Source of the DNA: TPA_inf: Saccharomyces
Taxonomy: Eukaryota
DNA length: 64,000 nt
Assembly: GCA_000146045.2 (NCBI GenBank)
Contig: BK006945.2
Coordinates: 256,001 to 320,000, forward strand
Direction: 5' to 3'
The notes beneath the pieces were generated by a model that was given only the letters and a program-made list of their open reading frames with translations, was not told the DNA's origin and ran no database searches. This document shows, piece by piece, positions 10,919 through 22,861 of the stretch (its first letter is position 1; every line of letters begins with the position of its first letter). A program made the translations under genes and the position numbers.

Positions 10919-11168
10919 TCTACCAACACAAACTTAGACCACTGCCTTTGGTGTCTTCTTGAAGCCACACGTGAATACTACCTTTTTTTCATCTATTATC
11001 TTTTTTTAATTACGTTGAAATTTTTCATTTCAAAGGCGCAGAACGAAGGTCGACTAATTTCATGACAGTCGGTAGACGTGGAGAAAAAAGTTGATTGTTA
11101 AGCCTATTAAGTTCCACTGAGACAAAGACCCACAAAGCTAGCTAGCATTGCCGCACTTCTCCAGAACA

Positions 11169-11723
11169 ATGTTCTCCTTTGTCCAAAGATTCCAGAATGT
11201 ATCGAACCAGGCCTTTTCAATGGGAATTGTAATGGTTGTATTCATCATGGCATCCTCATACTATCAATTAATCAATAATAACGCGTTCTCAGTACCTAGT
11301 AATATCGATAACGTCAAAACTTTAATAAATGTTAGAACAAGTAGATATTTTGGCTCACAGAGAGGCAAGGCAAAGGAAAATATGAAAATTAAATTTGATC
11401 TAAATACAGATCTCACTCCCCTATTCAATTGGAATACAAAGCAAGTTTTTGTCTATCTAACTGCTGAGTATAACAGTACTGAAAAAATAACAAGTGAGGT
11501 AACATTTTGGGATAAGATCATAAAAAGCAAGGATGATGCTGTGATTGATGTGAACGATCTAAGATCCAAGTATTCTATCTGGGATATTGAAGATGGAAAA
11601 TTCGAAGGCAAGGATTTGGTTTTCAAGTTACACTGGAATGTTCAACCATGGGTAGGTTTGCTAACTTACGGTGAAACTGTAGGCAACTATACACTGACCG
11701 TGGAAAATAAAAACAAAGTTTAG
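11169..11723 (+). CDS. SPC3: Signal peptidase complex subunit Spc3
   Basis: 184 aa from ATG at 11169 (MFSFVQRFQNVSNQAFSMGIV...). The tracked ORF starts 7 codons earlier at TTG. Confidence 0.9.
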   Translation: MFSFVQRFQNVSNQAFSMGIVMVVFIMASSYYQLINNNAFSVPSNIDNVKTLINVRTSRYFGSQRGKAKENMKIKFDLNTDLTPLFNWNTKQVFVYLTAEYNSTEKITSEVTFWDKIIKSKDDAVIDVNDLRSKYSIWDIEDGKFEGKDLVFKLHWNVQPWVGLLTYGETVGNYTLTVENKNKV

Positions 11724-11812
11724 ACTAGTCTTTGCTCTCTCAATTTTTGTTAATTATTTACATGATTTTTTGATATATATGCAGTTGATTATACAATATG
11801 ATATATGCATTT

Positions 11813-14710
11813 CTAGAATTTACTCACAGGTAATACTCTCTTAGATTTCCTCAGTTCTTTAAAATATGAAAGATGTCTCATTTCAATCTGTTCCCATTTA
11901 TTGATCTTGCTTCTTGGCATTAATAAGTAATCTTTCATAAAATACTTGTAATTTGATATGAAGTCACGTACCTGATCTTCTAAAGTTTTTAAATCATCAA
12001 TACCGTCCAAATATGTGTCTAACTGCCTCATTATACTGTTATATGTATCGCTTTTTAAGTATAGTCTGGGCTGAAATTTATTGGGCTCTTTTTCCTTCAT
12101 TTTTAATGTTGGCCAAGATTTATCACTGGACTGCGTCTTATCCTCGGATAGTTTCGTTAATAGTCTAAATTTATGGATCAAATTATACCCATGAATTAGT
12201 GTGTCATCAACGATTTTCATACCATACGAAAGGGTTCTTGGATCCTTAAATAACGCTTCTACAGCGCTGTTCCACGATATATTATCTAAAATAAAACCTT
12301 TTTCTCGCAATTTCTTCCACAGTAATGGCAGCTCATCGATTTTATTCATTGCAATCAACTGACTTACTTTATAAGGGAACAATCCGCTGAATATGCTTCT
12401 TAGTTTAATATTTGGCGTTGTAGATGATGGCAAGTTTTCAATGTTTTCAATACGATCCATGTATTTAGCGAAAAGTGTTTCGAAATCTTTCCATTGTTCA
12501 ATTTGAGCTAGTAATACCAACAATGATCTCATCATCACAAATTTATTATTATTTGATATCCAATCATGCTTTTTGAAGAAAAGCTCATTGTACCGGTTGT
12601 ATAACTCTAAAGCCCGCTGTGGGCTATCATGTTTCACAATCATTCTCATTGGCCATGCCATGACCGAGGGATGCAGTTTGTTATACGTAACGTCGAGAGT
12701 TCCATTGGCAGCATTTTCCATGATGTCTTCTACCATATTAATCGTTTCCTTGATTTCCTCATTATTTTGTAGGCTTTTTTTGGCAACGGCCTTCAATATA
12801 TAATATAAAATTTTGGAATTCGCTGGTACCTTATTCTGTGACATTGTCTTGTACAAGTTAATTATACCGTCACGATAACCCTCTTTGTCATATGCCTCCA
12901 TTATTATTTCAAAATGTGTAGCGTCCACCTTGATTACAGAATGTTTTATTAGTTGATCTATGATGCTCAATGCCGTTTCGCAATCTTCGTTCAGTGTAAC
13001 TAAAAATTTTATCATCATCTTGTAAAATTCACTGTTTACAGCCAGTTTTGAGGTTGTGATCTTGTCGAAAAGTTCTTCACACTTGTTGGCATTTCGTAAA
13101 CCAATATAAGCTTTGATGGCTTTGTTATACACTGAAATTAGACCATCTCTCCAAGATAAATTCTTTGAATGTTTTTCAAATAATGCTATTGCCTCTGTTG
13201 GCCTGTTACTCTCAATATATACATCCATCAATGCAGAGATACTTTTTCCAGTGTGTTGGATATTATAATGTTCAGTCATAAGGTTGAATAATTCTTGAGC
13301 GATTAAATGGTTCGTAGTTTTGCAACACATTTGTATCAATAAAGCAAAGTGCCCCTCCGTGATTTCCACGCTAGGATCCTCGCTTAGTCTTTTTAATATC
13401 CTAAACGCACCATCAAGGTCATTTAAACCACGATACACTTTAAGCATTATGGTATGCGTTGCTGTTGAAGGCGTTATGTCGTATTTCTTGAATAGTTCGA
13501 AGTGGCTAAAACAGGCTGCGAAATCTCCGACTTTATAATGTGCATATAGTAAAGATTGTAAAACAGCGTATGTCGGTATCATACCTCTCCTCAATAACTG
13601 TGTATATAGTTTATTGACACTATCCAATTCACCAATTCTGGCCATAGTATACATCAAAATACCATAATGTTGTATGGAAGGTAGCTTACCGATACCGAAA
13701 AGAGCATTGAACTGTTGTTGTAAGGCGTCCCAATTATGCAGCCTAGAATGAGCCACCAAAAGATAATCAAATTGGTTTTGGTCGTGCTGAGCATCAGGGT
13801 ATTTCCAATATGTTGACGAAACCAAATTAAACTTCTGCATGTGACAATACGTCTTTAGAATACACGTCAGGTCAGAACTCACTATCGGCAGGTTATGTTC
13901 GCACTTGTAATTCCAAACTGCTTCTGCAGAAGAAAATTTCCTAATATAAGTTAATAAGAACAACAACGTAGTTGCAAATTGAGACGCTATTGCGGGCCCT
14001 TGCGTTAGCTGAATTGCTTTCAAATAAGATAAATAATCGGGGCGAACATTTGATTGCCTCATGAATGATAAAAAGTTTCTCAAAACTATCTTGTTCTCCA
14101 TATAATTCGTAAATTCACAATGTCCATTCACTAGTTTCATCCATTTGACCCATTTATATACAGCTTCTTCATGCATATTCATTATAACCATCCTAGAGAA
14201 AATCGAGTTAATGAGGTCTATCACCATTGTCTTTTGTGTTAATAGAAACCGTTGTATGATATCAGAGATTGCCTGATCTAATTGAATACCTCTTTGTAAA
14301 ATCAATAAAGAGAGAAGGAACTTTTTCAATTCAGGTAATGAGGCATCCTGTTTTAACAATCTTTGTGAACCAATAGTGGTATAAAGAAACTTCTGTGCAA
14401 TTTTTATAACGTTCCCATAGGCCTGGTGCCGATAAAGATACTTTATAAGGTACTGTCGTTCAAATGTTGTGGTAGCTGAATTACTTGTTATTGATGTTGT
14501 TGCTTTCTTTGTTAATCCACTGCCAACCGACTTTAGAGGAACACTTCCGCGCGCCATAAAATATGAGACCAGGTTTCTCTCATCCTGTGAGCATAATGGT
14601 GACGTCGATTTATCTCGAAGCAGCTTCCTTATATGATCAGGTACGCCGGTACTCCATATACCCTTCTTATAATTATAATTTCTTAATACGGCAGGAGCAC
14701 ACCTTTTCAT
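11813..14710 (-). CDS. PET309: Mitochondrial PPR-repeat protein, COX1 mRNA-specific translational activator
   Basis: 965 aa from ATG (cat at 14708-14710). The tracked ORF extends 12 codons further. Repeated about 35-aa helical PPR-like units across the protein. Confidence 0.88.
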
Positions 14711-15007
14711 AATGGCCAAAAAGCGTGTTTCAGTATACTCCAACACCCTTAATCACTTAAATTCGAAGCTTTGTACACTATTGCGGCCTCTTTCCTGGGT
14801 ATCGAGGCTGCGTTAGCGTCACCTAGAAATCCCACTTTAACTTACACTACATGATTTTTTATTTTTATTTCTCTATTGGCCCGAAAAGTTACTTTTCCTT
14901 CAAACAATGAAAAATTTCAAAATCAAACCTCATCGCGATAGTATTAAAAGTGCTTTCACAAGAATGATACAGGAAGGTGGTCAAGTAAGCAACTGAGCAA
15001 AATCAAT

Positions 15008-15463
15008 ATGGGTACAGCCAAGCAAAATCAAAATAGAAAGAAGTTTACGAGGGAGTATAAGGTTAAGGAGATCCAAAGAAGTATTACAAAGAAAACTAGA
15101 CTGAGAAAGGAATACCTTAAAGCTTTAAAAGATGAAGGGTATGCCGTACCAGAAAAGGAACCAAAAACCGTGGCAAAAGAATCTGTAAGGAAGATTAAGG
15201 AAGCCAGGGCAATAGAGGGAAAGAAGAAACTAGACGAGAAGAAGGAGATCAAGAAACAAAGAAAGAGAATGCAAAAAGATGAATTAAACAAGCAAAGAAA
15301 CGAGCAATTGGAAAGAATCAGAGTTTCGAAGGAAAAATTTCAGAGGAGAGAAGATAGAAAGAAGAAATTGACTCAAAGAACAAGGACAGGCCAGCCCTTG
15401 ATGGGCCCTAAGATAGAGGATCTTTTGGATAAAATTAAGACGGATGATACTTATACCTCCTAG
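15008..15463 (+). CDS. FYV7: Small lysine-rich nucleolar protein (35S pre-rRNA processing)
   Basis: 151 aa, very basic, coiled-coil-like. Matches YLR068W. Confidence 0.88.
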   Translation: MGTAKQNQNRKKFTREYKVKEIQRSITKKTRLRKEYLKALKDEGYAVPEKEPKTVAKESVRKIKEARAIEGKKKLDEKKEIKKQRKRMQKDELNKQRNEQLERIRVSKEKFQRREDRKKKLTQRTRTGQPLMGPKIEDLLDKIKTDDTYTS

Positions 15464-15629
15464 ATAATGATATTCTTCAAAATTTCTTTTCATTCGTGTA
15501 TTTACAGAAAGATCTTTTTATTTAAATTTACTTAATTAGTGTGTATATTAATTTTATTTCCTGCCTTTTGTTAATTCCTTTTTATTGGAATTTGTTATTT
15601 ACAAGACTGTTTTGCCCATGAGGACTTGA

Positions 15630-17915
15630 CTATTTCTTCGCTTGCTTCTTTTGGAACTCAGATATCAATTCTTTTTGAACATGGGGCGCTGTTGGAGCGT
15701 AATGACTAAACTCTAATGAAAACTCACCTTTACCTTGAGTCGAGGCTCTTAATGAGGTGGCGAAACCGAACATCGTGCTCAAGGCACATTCTGCTTTTAA
15801 TGTAAATTCATCATGACCATTTTCGGTATCCTGTATTACTGCTTGTAATTTATTCAATAAACCGATGACGTTACCTTGAAACTCGTTTGGCGATGTTACT
15901 GAAACATTCATGATAGGTTCCATGATCACCGGCTGTGCCCTCAGGAAGGCGTCACGGAAGGCTGACATAGTAGCTGTTTTGAATGATAATTCATTAGAAT
16001 CCACGGCATGAATAGCACCATCATTGATTAGCATTTTAACATCCAAAACACGATGACCGATCAATGGTCCCTTTTCACATACTTCTTCAAAACCCTTACC
16101 ACATGCAGCCAAATACTTGTCCGGTATACGGCCACCAACAATAGCGGTCTCGAATATGTTGCCTTTGGTAATGTCATCCACGGGAGATAAGGTACCGATA
16201 ACTCTACCATATTGACCAGCGCCACCAGATTGTTTTTTATGTGTATAATCAAAATCTGCCGGGATGGTGATAGATTCTCTATAGGAAACCTGCGGTTTAC
16301 CCGTGACACAGTCCACATTATATTCACGTCTCATTCTTTCAACGTAAATCTCCAGATGCAATTCACCCATCCCAGAAATAATTGTTTCTTTAGATTCAGG
16401 ATCGAACTTCACTCTGAATGTAGGGTCTTCCTTTTGAAATCTGTTCAAAGCCTTCGAAAAATTCGATGCGTCCTTTGAATTTGGCGTAATCGATAACGAG
16501 ACAACAGCATCTGGAACATACATGGATGACATAGAGTATTGAACGCTACCATCAGTGAATGTATCTCCAGAAGCACAGTCAATACCAAAAGTAGCGCAAA
16601 TTTCACCTGAGCCAACTTCATCAACATCTTCCATCTCACTAGAATGCATCCTGACCAATCTTGCAACCTTCACTTTTTTACCAGTCTTTACATTTGTAAT
16701 GTAATTACCTTTTCTTAAACGCCCCTGATATACGCGAACATAAGTCAATTGACCATATTTGCCTTCTTCCAATTTGAATGCCAATCCAACAAATGGCTGT
16801 TGCACCGCAGGAACTAAGTTAACCTTGGCTTCGTTGTTGCTCACATCTAGAGCTGTATTCAACACTTCAGAGGGATTAGGTAAGTAGTCTACAATAGCGT
16901 CCAAAACGGGCTGAATACCAGTATTTGCCAGTGCGGATCCCATCAAAACTGGTGTAAAAGACCTAGCAATTGTAGATCTGCGAATAGCATCTTTAATTTG
17001 TTGCGTGGTAGGCTCCTTTTCTTCCAAAAACATTTCTGCCATTTCATCATCCACATCAGCAAGTGTTTCGATCAAAAGTTGTCTTTTTTCCTCCATTAAT
17101 GGCTTCAAATTTTCAGGCACTGGCCCTTTTTCTATAATTTCACCATTATCACCCTTGTTGTAAATAGCAACTCTATTAATCAAATCAACGACACCAGATA
17201 AGCTTGATTCCGATCCGATAGGAATTTGTACAGCAGCAGCAGGTATTTTTAGTTTCGAATTAAGTTGTTCTATTGCACGGAAGGGATCTGAACCCATACG
17301 ATCCATTTTGTTGATGAAAGTTACTCTTGGAACATTATATCTACGCATTTGACGATCCACGGTCACAGTTTGGGATTGAACACCTGAAACAGCACAAACA
17401 ACAAGAACTGCACCGTCTAGTACTCTAAGAGCACGCTCCACTTCGATAGTGAAATCAATATGACCTGGAGTGTCGATCAAGTTGAAATGATAGTTTTTGC
17501 CCTCTTTATCCCAAGAGCAGTAAGTAGCGGCAGACTGAATAGTAATACCCTTTTCCCTTTCAAGATCCATAGAATCCATCTTGGCTCCAACATTATCCCT
17601 ACCACGAACCTCATGAATGGCTTTGATTCTTTTTGTATAGTACAGAACACGTTCAGTGAAAGTAGTTTTTCCGGAGTCAATATGAGCAGATATACCTATG
17701 TTACGCAATTTATTACATCTTCCAATATCGTCTGGAGTAAGTTTTTGTTTGATTTCATCCACCAAAACTTTTTCTTCTTCATATGTAGAACGAGCAAGTG
17801 GACTCTCATGAAAAGACCTTCTCGAGAAACCTGAAAAAACTTTTGAACATGTGAAAAAGGGTATTCTACCTCCAACCATTTTTCGAGGCACCCACATCAT
17901 TTTCTGGACACTCAT
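15630..17915 (-). CDS. MEF1: Mitochondrial translation elongation factor G
   Basis: 761 aa. GTPase G1 [21 protein letters not shown]. Mitochondrial presequence at the N-terminus. Confidence 0.95.
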   Translation of the reverse strand: MSVQKMMWVPRKMVGGRIPFFTCSKVFSGFSRRSFHESPLARSTYEEEKVLVDEIKQKLTPDDIGRCNKLRNIGISAHIDSGKTTFTERVLYYTKRIKAIHEVRGRDNVGAKMDSMDLEREKGITIQSAATYCSWDKEGKNYHFNLIDTPGHIDFTIEVERALRVLDGAVLVVCAVSGVQSQTVTVDRQMRRYNVPRVTFINKMDRMGSDPFRAIEQLNSKLKIPAAAVQIPIGSESSLSGVVDLINRVAIYNKGDNGEIIEKGPVPENLKPLMEEKRQLLIETLADVDDEMAEMFLEEKEPTTQQIKDAIRRSTIARSFTPVLMGSALANTGIQPVLDAIVDYLPNPSEVLNTALDVSNNEAKVNLVPAVQQPFVGLAFKLEEGKYGQLTYVRVYQGRLRKGNYITNVKTGKKVKVARLVRMHSSEMEDVDEVGSGEICATFGIDCASGDTFTDGSVQYSMSSMYVPDAVVSLSITPNSKDASNFSKALNRFQKEDPTFRVKFDPESKETIISGMGELHLEIYVERMRREYNVDCVTGKPQVSYRESITIPADFDYTHKKQSGGAGQYGRVIGTLSPVDDITKGNIFETAIVGGRIPDKYLAACGKGFEEVCEKGPLIGHRVLDVKMLINDGAIHAVDSNELSFKTATMSAFRDAFLRAQPVIMEPIMNVSVTSPNEFQGNVIGLLNKLQAVIQDTENGHDEFTLKAECALSTMFGFATSLRASTQGKGEFSLEFSHYAPTAPHVQKELISEFQKKQAKK

Positions 17916-18140
17916 ATTGGTGATATATTGCAGTGCTTTCTACCTTCTTCCGTTTCAATCTCCTTTATTAAATCTCGTTTTTTAGATATTTTCATCTTGG
18001 AAATTTCGGCCGCTTGTGAAGTTCCATCCCCACAATAATAATGCAAAGTTATCATATTAATATATATATATATAAAAGACATATAAAAAAAATCAAATGT
18101 ATTGTGCATCTTGGATGCCAAAAGTTACATTTTCTTTCCT

Positions 18141-19211
18141 TCATTCCGGGCCCTCAATGATCGTCTTGATATTATTTAACGGGTGGTGGCTTGTTTCTTC
18201 GAATGCCTCGACAGCATCCTTAAAGCTATAGCGATGTGTAATGAATGGTTTAAGCGAGAGTTTTCTGCTAGAGACTAGCTCGATGGAGTCACTATAATCA
18301 CCTTGACAGTATCGGAAACAGCCTTGGAATGTCAGTTCTTTTGTTGGAATGATCGAGATGGGAAATTGTATTTCCTCTTGTCCCATTCCAACTTGAACGA
18401 TCGTTCCACCTGCCTTACAGACTTCGATGCCTGCTCGAACGCAAGGCTCTGCACCAGAACATTCAAACACAACGTCAGCACCTTTCTTGCCGATTGCTTT
18501 TTTTATAACACTATCTACAGTAACGCCATGTGGGAGATCACCTGAGTTGACGATGTGGGTGGCACCAAACTGCCTAGCCGTTTCCAGCTTGTTTTCTAAT
18601 AGATCTACAAAAACAACATCTGCAGCACCAAAGACACTGGCTACTTTCCCGGCTAGCAAACCTATGGGCCCAGCTCCAAAGACGACGCAACGGGCTCCAA
18701 ACTTGATCTTTGCTAATTTATTAGCATGGATTGCCACTGATAATGGCTCTATTAGTGCTCCTTCCTCGAATGACACATCATCAGGAAGTTTATAGACGAA
18801 ATCTTTCATGGTCTTATAATACTTTGTCAAGGTCCCATCAAAGGGAGGTGTCGCAGCAAATTTTAAATTGGGGTCCAGGTTGTATCTGCCCTCTTTCATC
18901 TCCGGTGAAAACCTGTCAGGTATTCCGGGCTCAAGTGCCACCCTATCTCCTACTTTAAGTGTCTTGACGTTCTCACCTATGAGGGCCACTATTCCTGATG
19001 ATTCATGTCCCAGCACCATTGGTGATTCTACCACGTAATTGGCTATTCTTCCATGGGTATAGTAATGGATATCTGACCCGCATATTCCTGTCGCCTTGAT
19101 CTGGATGATTACTTCGTTAGGATCTGAAATCTTTGGGATGCTGACATTAGTTAGGGTGATTTTACCAGGTCGCTCTAGAACAATAGCTTCTTGTGTAGTT
19201 AAGTCAGTCAT
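18141..19211 (-). CDS. XYL2: Xylitol dehydrogenase (medium-chain Zn-dependent dehydrogenase)
   Basis: 356 aa from ATG (cat at 19209-19211). Zn-ADH signature GHESSG..., catalytic Cys in GICGSDIHYY, NAD fold GAGPIG. Confidence 0.92.
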   Translation of the reverse strand: MTDLTTQEAIVLERPGKITLTNVSIPKISDPNEVIIQIKATGICGSDIHYYTHGRIANYVVESPMVLGHESSGIVALIGENVKTLKVGDRVALEPGIPDRFSPEMKEGRYNLDPNLKFAATPPFDGTLTKYYKTMKDFVYKLPDDVSFEEGALIEPLSVAIHANKLAKIKFGARCVVFGAGPIGLLAGKVASVFGAADVVFVDLLENKLETARQFGATHIVNSGDLPHGVTVDSVIKKAIGKKGADVVFECSGAEPCVRAGIEVCKAGGTIVQVGMGQEEIQFPISIIPTKELTFQGCFRYCQGDYSDSIELVSSRKLSLKPFITHRYSFKDAVEAFEETSHHPLNNIKTIIEGPE

Positions 19212-19377
19212 GCTCAATGGTGTTCTCTATCCTCAAGGCAGTATGAATATGTCTTTTTAGTGTGTATGGATATATTTATGTATATACTTATACAGTTTTC
19301 AATTTTATTTTGAATTAATTCAGGAGAGGGGTTACAATCTCCTAAGGGATAGTAGCGCCGGTGACATTTTATTCGCT

Positions 19378-22300
19378 CTAAGATGAACTTGAGTTCGAGT
19401 CCACTTTGAGGATATTATGGATTTCCATTAGGATAGGCTCTATCTCACTGGGATCGCAAGCCACGCCATTGCCCAAACGAATGGCATGTGATGCGTTTGC
19501 GGGTTTGACAGATTCTGGGGTACCTAATCTCTTAGTATCCAGCATAAATACTTGATTTCTCACTTGATGCATCATTGGATAGGCGGGAGATTTCGTGGTT
19601 ATGTGTGCTACGTCTGCAAAATGAATGTGAAATTGAATTTTATCACGGCCGTTATGCAAAACAGTTTTCAATTCTATACATATTGTAATCTTAGTGCCTG
19701 CCTGAGGGTTATAATATACTATCTGATACTCGTTTAGATTATGCAACCCAATGTTCACCATAGTGGAGTACTGACTTCCACTCTCATGGAATTTGCCCCC
19801 TCTTTCATTGAGAATTACTTTTAGAGCTTTAAACAAGGATGACGTGAATTGTAGGTAGCTAAAAATAAAATGATAATCCATTTTCGAATTATCTAAGAAA
19901 GGTTGAATTATATGTTGTGGGTTTGAAGGTGATAGTTGAACTGTCAGATTTTTAATAGAGTCGTCATTCGTTGATATCTTTATTGTGCAGTCTTTATCAT
20001 CTTCGTCATTATTGGAGAGATACTTGAAGGAAATTTCATTCGGTTGTAATGCAATTATCTTGAAGTTTTCGGACTCAAAATTCTTGTGCAATCTTTCCAC
20101 GACATCCGTTAGTACAACCAATTGCATCAATTTTTGCCTAAATTTGGTTAGATATTGCACTATTATACCAAGATTTGTAAAACTCTCCTCCAAATAAAAG
20201 GCTAACGGTTCTTCTTGTACAAAATGAATGTATAGTTTATCAATCTGGCATTGAATCATCATTGTGTTTCTTTTAAATTTAGCATACAATCGTATTTGGG
20301 AATTGGAGTAATCTATCCTCAGAAACATGGAACTTTCTAATATGGAGTTCAGCGCTTTTGAACCTTCCAAAAATGACTCCAATTCTAGAGTTATTATTGA
20401 TATGTTATCATTAGTATTACTTCCTTGGATAATATATTGAGGTAGTTTTTGCTCGTTGATCATTTCAGAAGAACAAATCTTATTGCGAATTTCTAGTTGG
20501 TTCAAAGAATCGATCAACATATGGTTTATAATTCTGTTTAAAATAGTTCTTTGCAATATCATAATTTTTTGATATGTTATTGACTCCAATTTGACAGTCA
20601 TCACGTTGGAATTGTCTAAATATTTGAGATTCCATTTCCCACGTTGAGAGACAATTTTACCGATTCTTTTTTCCACCACACATGATGTTTTAGAGGATAT
20701 TATCGATAAAATCAAATACCAGTTGAGCGGCCAATGTGGTAGTCTGATAAATAGGTCCCTTTGTAATAACAAGGAAACATCACTATTAGTAGTGCTGTTA
20801 CCAGCAATAGCATATTTATTATCTTCTTTTTTAACAACGCTTTCGCCGCCAGTATTCACTTGAGTCCTGATTGGTTTATCAATCTTAATAATCCTGCTGC
20901 ATGACCATCCCGTGTTTTCAAACATGGTGGTTAAAACATGAATAATCTTGTCCAGTTTCAGCTGCTGTAGTATTCTTGCCAATTCCTCTGGACCTTCAGC
21001 TCTATTTATCTTTGACGCGTAATTTGATAATAGTGGAGTAGGATTCCTAAAATAAAACTGCCCGCTCAATAAATCAATTTTTAATTGAATAGGCGCCATG
21101 GAAACACATGTGGTAGGGAGTTGAAATAATAGAACATCCGAATTTTCTTCGTCTTCTTGGAATATATCCCTTGCCAACAGCTCCGATCTGATGATTCTAG
21201 CATGATTGAACATAATTTCATCCAAAATCCCTTCGATATTAGATACAATATTGTTATAAATTACAGGCATATTTTTGGCCCTTGATGCACTCTGGTTGTC
21301 CCATTTTAAGATAAGACTTTCTGTTGTTCTTTGAATGCCAATAGTGATCTTACCCTTACTGTCCATTTTCCCATTCAGCCAATATCTAACTGTAATTGTA
21401 CTTTTTTTAGAGTCATAGTTATGGATCAAATTACTTTTGGAAAATTTACCGCCGTTGGCCAGCTTTAAAAACTCTCTATGAACCATGTATAGCTGTAATG
21501 TCAACACGTATTTGTGCAGAAAATTGTATAGGGATAATAATGGATCATTACTTTTCAAAAGAATTTCATTGATCAACTTCTCTAATCTTGGCTTATTCAA
21601 AGGAAGGTTATTTCCGTTGGAACTTGAGTTTTCTTCATTGTTCTCACTATCGCCGTTAGTCGAAGTAGCTTCTGTAACTGCTGAAACAGTTTGTTCAGCT
21701 TCCGTGTTAAACAACAATTTTAAATCCACAAAAAACAGAGGGGACTGTCTATTAACAGTCGATAACTGGATTTCAAATTCATTAGGGACAGTAAAGTAGA
21801 TTCTACCGTTTTTGATATGATAGCTGTTTAATGGTTTAGGAATGTTCATTAATGCAATTTTTATTGAGACAGTCAAGTTCAAATCTTTTAATCTCTGTAA
21901 AATCAATCCAATGGGAACTTTGGCCATTCCATCTACCATATCCATAGAGTTACTGACACCGCTTAATTTAAAGTTGTGTGTAGGTAGATTTGGCCTCCCA
22001 AGACTCAAAACTTCCAAAGCGGTGACCAAATCCACGTTGGGCAATTTAGCATTGGTCATAGAGTTTAGACTGCTTTTCAAAGCCCAAATACAATTGTTGA
22101 CATTCATGTTAGTCGTTCTAAACCAGTTCAACAGATCGATTAGTACGTGAAAGTTGTTTTGTTTTATAGTACGGGTCCATTTCACAAGCACGTAAAGTTT
22201 CAAAAATTGTGTCCTTAGGAATATAATCAGCTGTAAGAAACGTATTTTCTTTGCGGAGTTAGGCTCATTTGCCTGGGTGTGAACATTAGTTTTCATGTAC

Positions 22301-22626
22301 TGAGCAAGTTCCTTCATTGTAAATACCGTCAAGTTCCTTATTACTAATGCCAGACTGACTTGATTAATCTCAACATGCGGCAACGCTGGCGGAGGCGCAC
22401 TTGTCATAGTCGCTGCACTTGTATCTTTCGGTACCATTTCTAGAGATTCTTTTTGGGTGGCCGTAGTTTCCGGGTCGGTTGCAGAAGGGCCATGCAGTTG
22501 AGTGTTCTTAACGGGACCCTGTTGCTCTTGCCCATTCTGCTCGGACCGGTTCTTCAGTGCGTGCATCTCGTTAGAAAGTCTCTCCTCATTAGCCAGCATT
22601 TGTGGGGATCCTATCGTGGTAGTCAT
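19378..22626 (-). CDS. RGR1: Mediator complex subunit Med14
   Basis: 1082 aa. Translation recognised (…LKLLFNTEAEQ…). Length matches. Confidence 0.93.
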   Translation of the reverse strand: MTTTIGSPQMLANEERLSNEMHALKNRSEQNGQEQQGPVKNTQLHGPSATDPETTATQKESLEMVPKDTSAATMTSAPPPALPHVEINQVSLALVIRNLTVFTMKELAQYMKTNVHTQANEPNSAKKIRFLQLIIFLRTQFLKLYVLVKWTRTIKQNNFHVLIDLLNWFRTTNMNVNNCIWALKSSLNSMTNAKLPNVDLVTALEVLSLGRPNLPTHNFKLSGVSNSMDMVDGMAKVPIGLILQRLKDLNLTVSIKIALMNIPKPLNSYHIKNGRIYFTVPNEFEIQLSTVNRQSPLFFVDLKLLFNTEAEQTVSAVTEATSTNGDSENNEENSSSNGNNLPLNKPRLEKLINEILLKSNDPLLSLYNFLHKYVLTLQLYMVHREFLKLANGGKFSKSNLIHNYDSKKSTITVRYWLNGKMDSKGKITIGIQRTTESLILKWDNQSASRAKNMPVIYNNIVSNIEGILDEIMFNHARIIRSELLARDIFQEDEENSDVLLFQLPTTCVSMAPIQLKIDLLSGQFYFRNPTPLLSNYASKINRAEGPEELARILQQLKLDKIIHVLTTMFENTGWSCSRIIKIDKPIRTQVNTGGESVVKKEDNKYAIAGNSTTNSDVSLLLQRDLFIRLPHWPLNWYLILSIISSKTSCVVEKRIGKIVSQRGKWNLKYLDNSNVMTVKLESITYQKIMILQRTILNRIINHMLIDSLNQLEIRNKICSSEMINEQKLPQYIIQGSNTNDNISIITLELESFLEGSKALNSILESSMFLRIDYSNSQIRLYAKFKRNTMMIQCQIDKLYIHFVQEEPLAFYLEESFTNLGIIVQYLTKFRQKLMQLVVLTDVVERLHKNFESENFKIIALQPNEISFKYLSNNDEDDKDCTIKISTNDDSIKNLTVQLSPSNPQHIIQPFLDNSKMDYHFIFSYLQFTSSLFKALKVILNERGGKFHESGSQYSTMVNIGLHNLNEYQIVYYNPQAGTKITICIELKTVLHNGRDKIQFHIHFADVAHITTKSPAYPMMHQVRNQVFMLDTKRLGTPESVKPANASHAIRLGNGVACDPSEIEPILMEIHNILKVDSNSSSS

Positions 22627-22861
22627 TGCCCAGCCAAGAAAACCCTATACTTTCCTGCCACTTTTTAACTCTTTTTCTGATGATCTTTACAACAGACCTC
22701 TACTAAACAATTGAAAAATTCACCGTTTTTACTTGAACCAGCGACCGTGCGATGGGACAATCGTTTAGTTAACAATAAGCGGGACAAAGTAATTAAATTT
22801 AGTGGCATCTAGAGAGAATAATTGAACGCAATGAAGAGAGCATGGTACGTTGAATTGTAGA

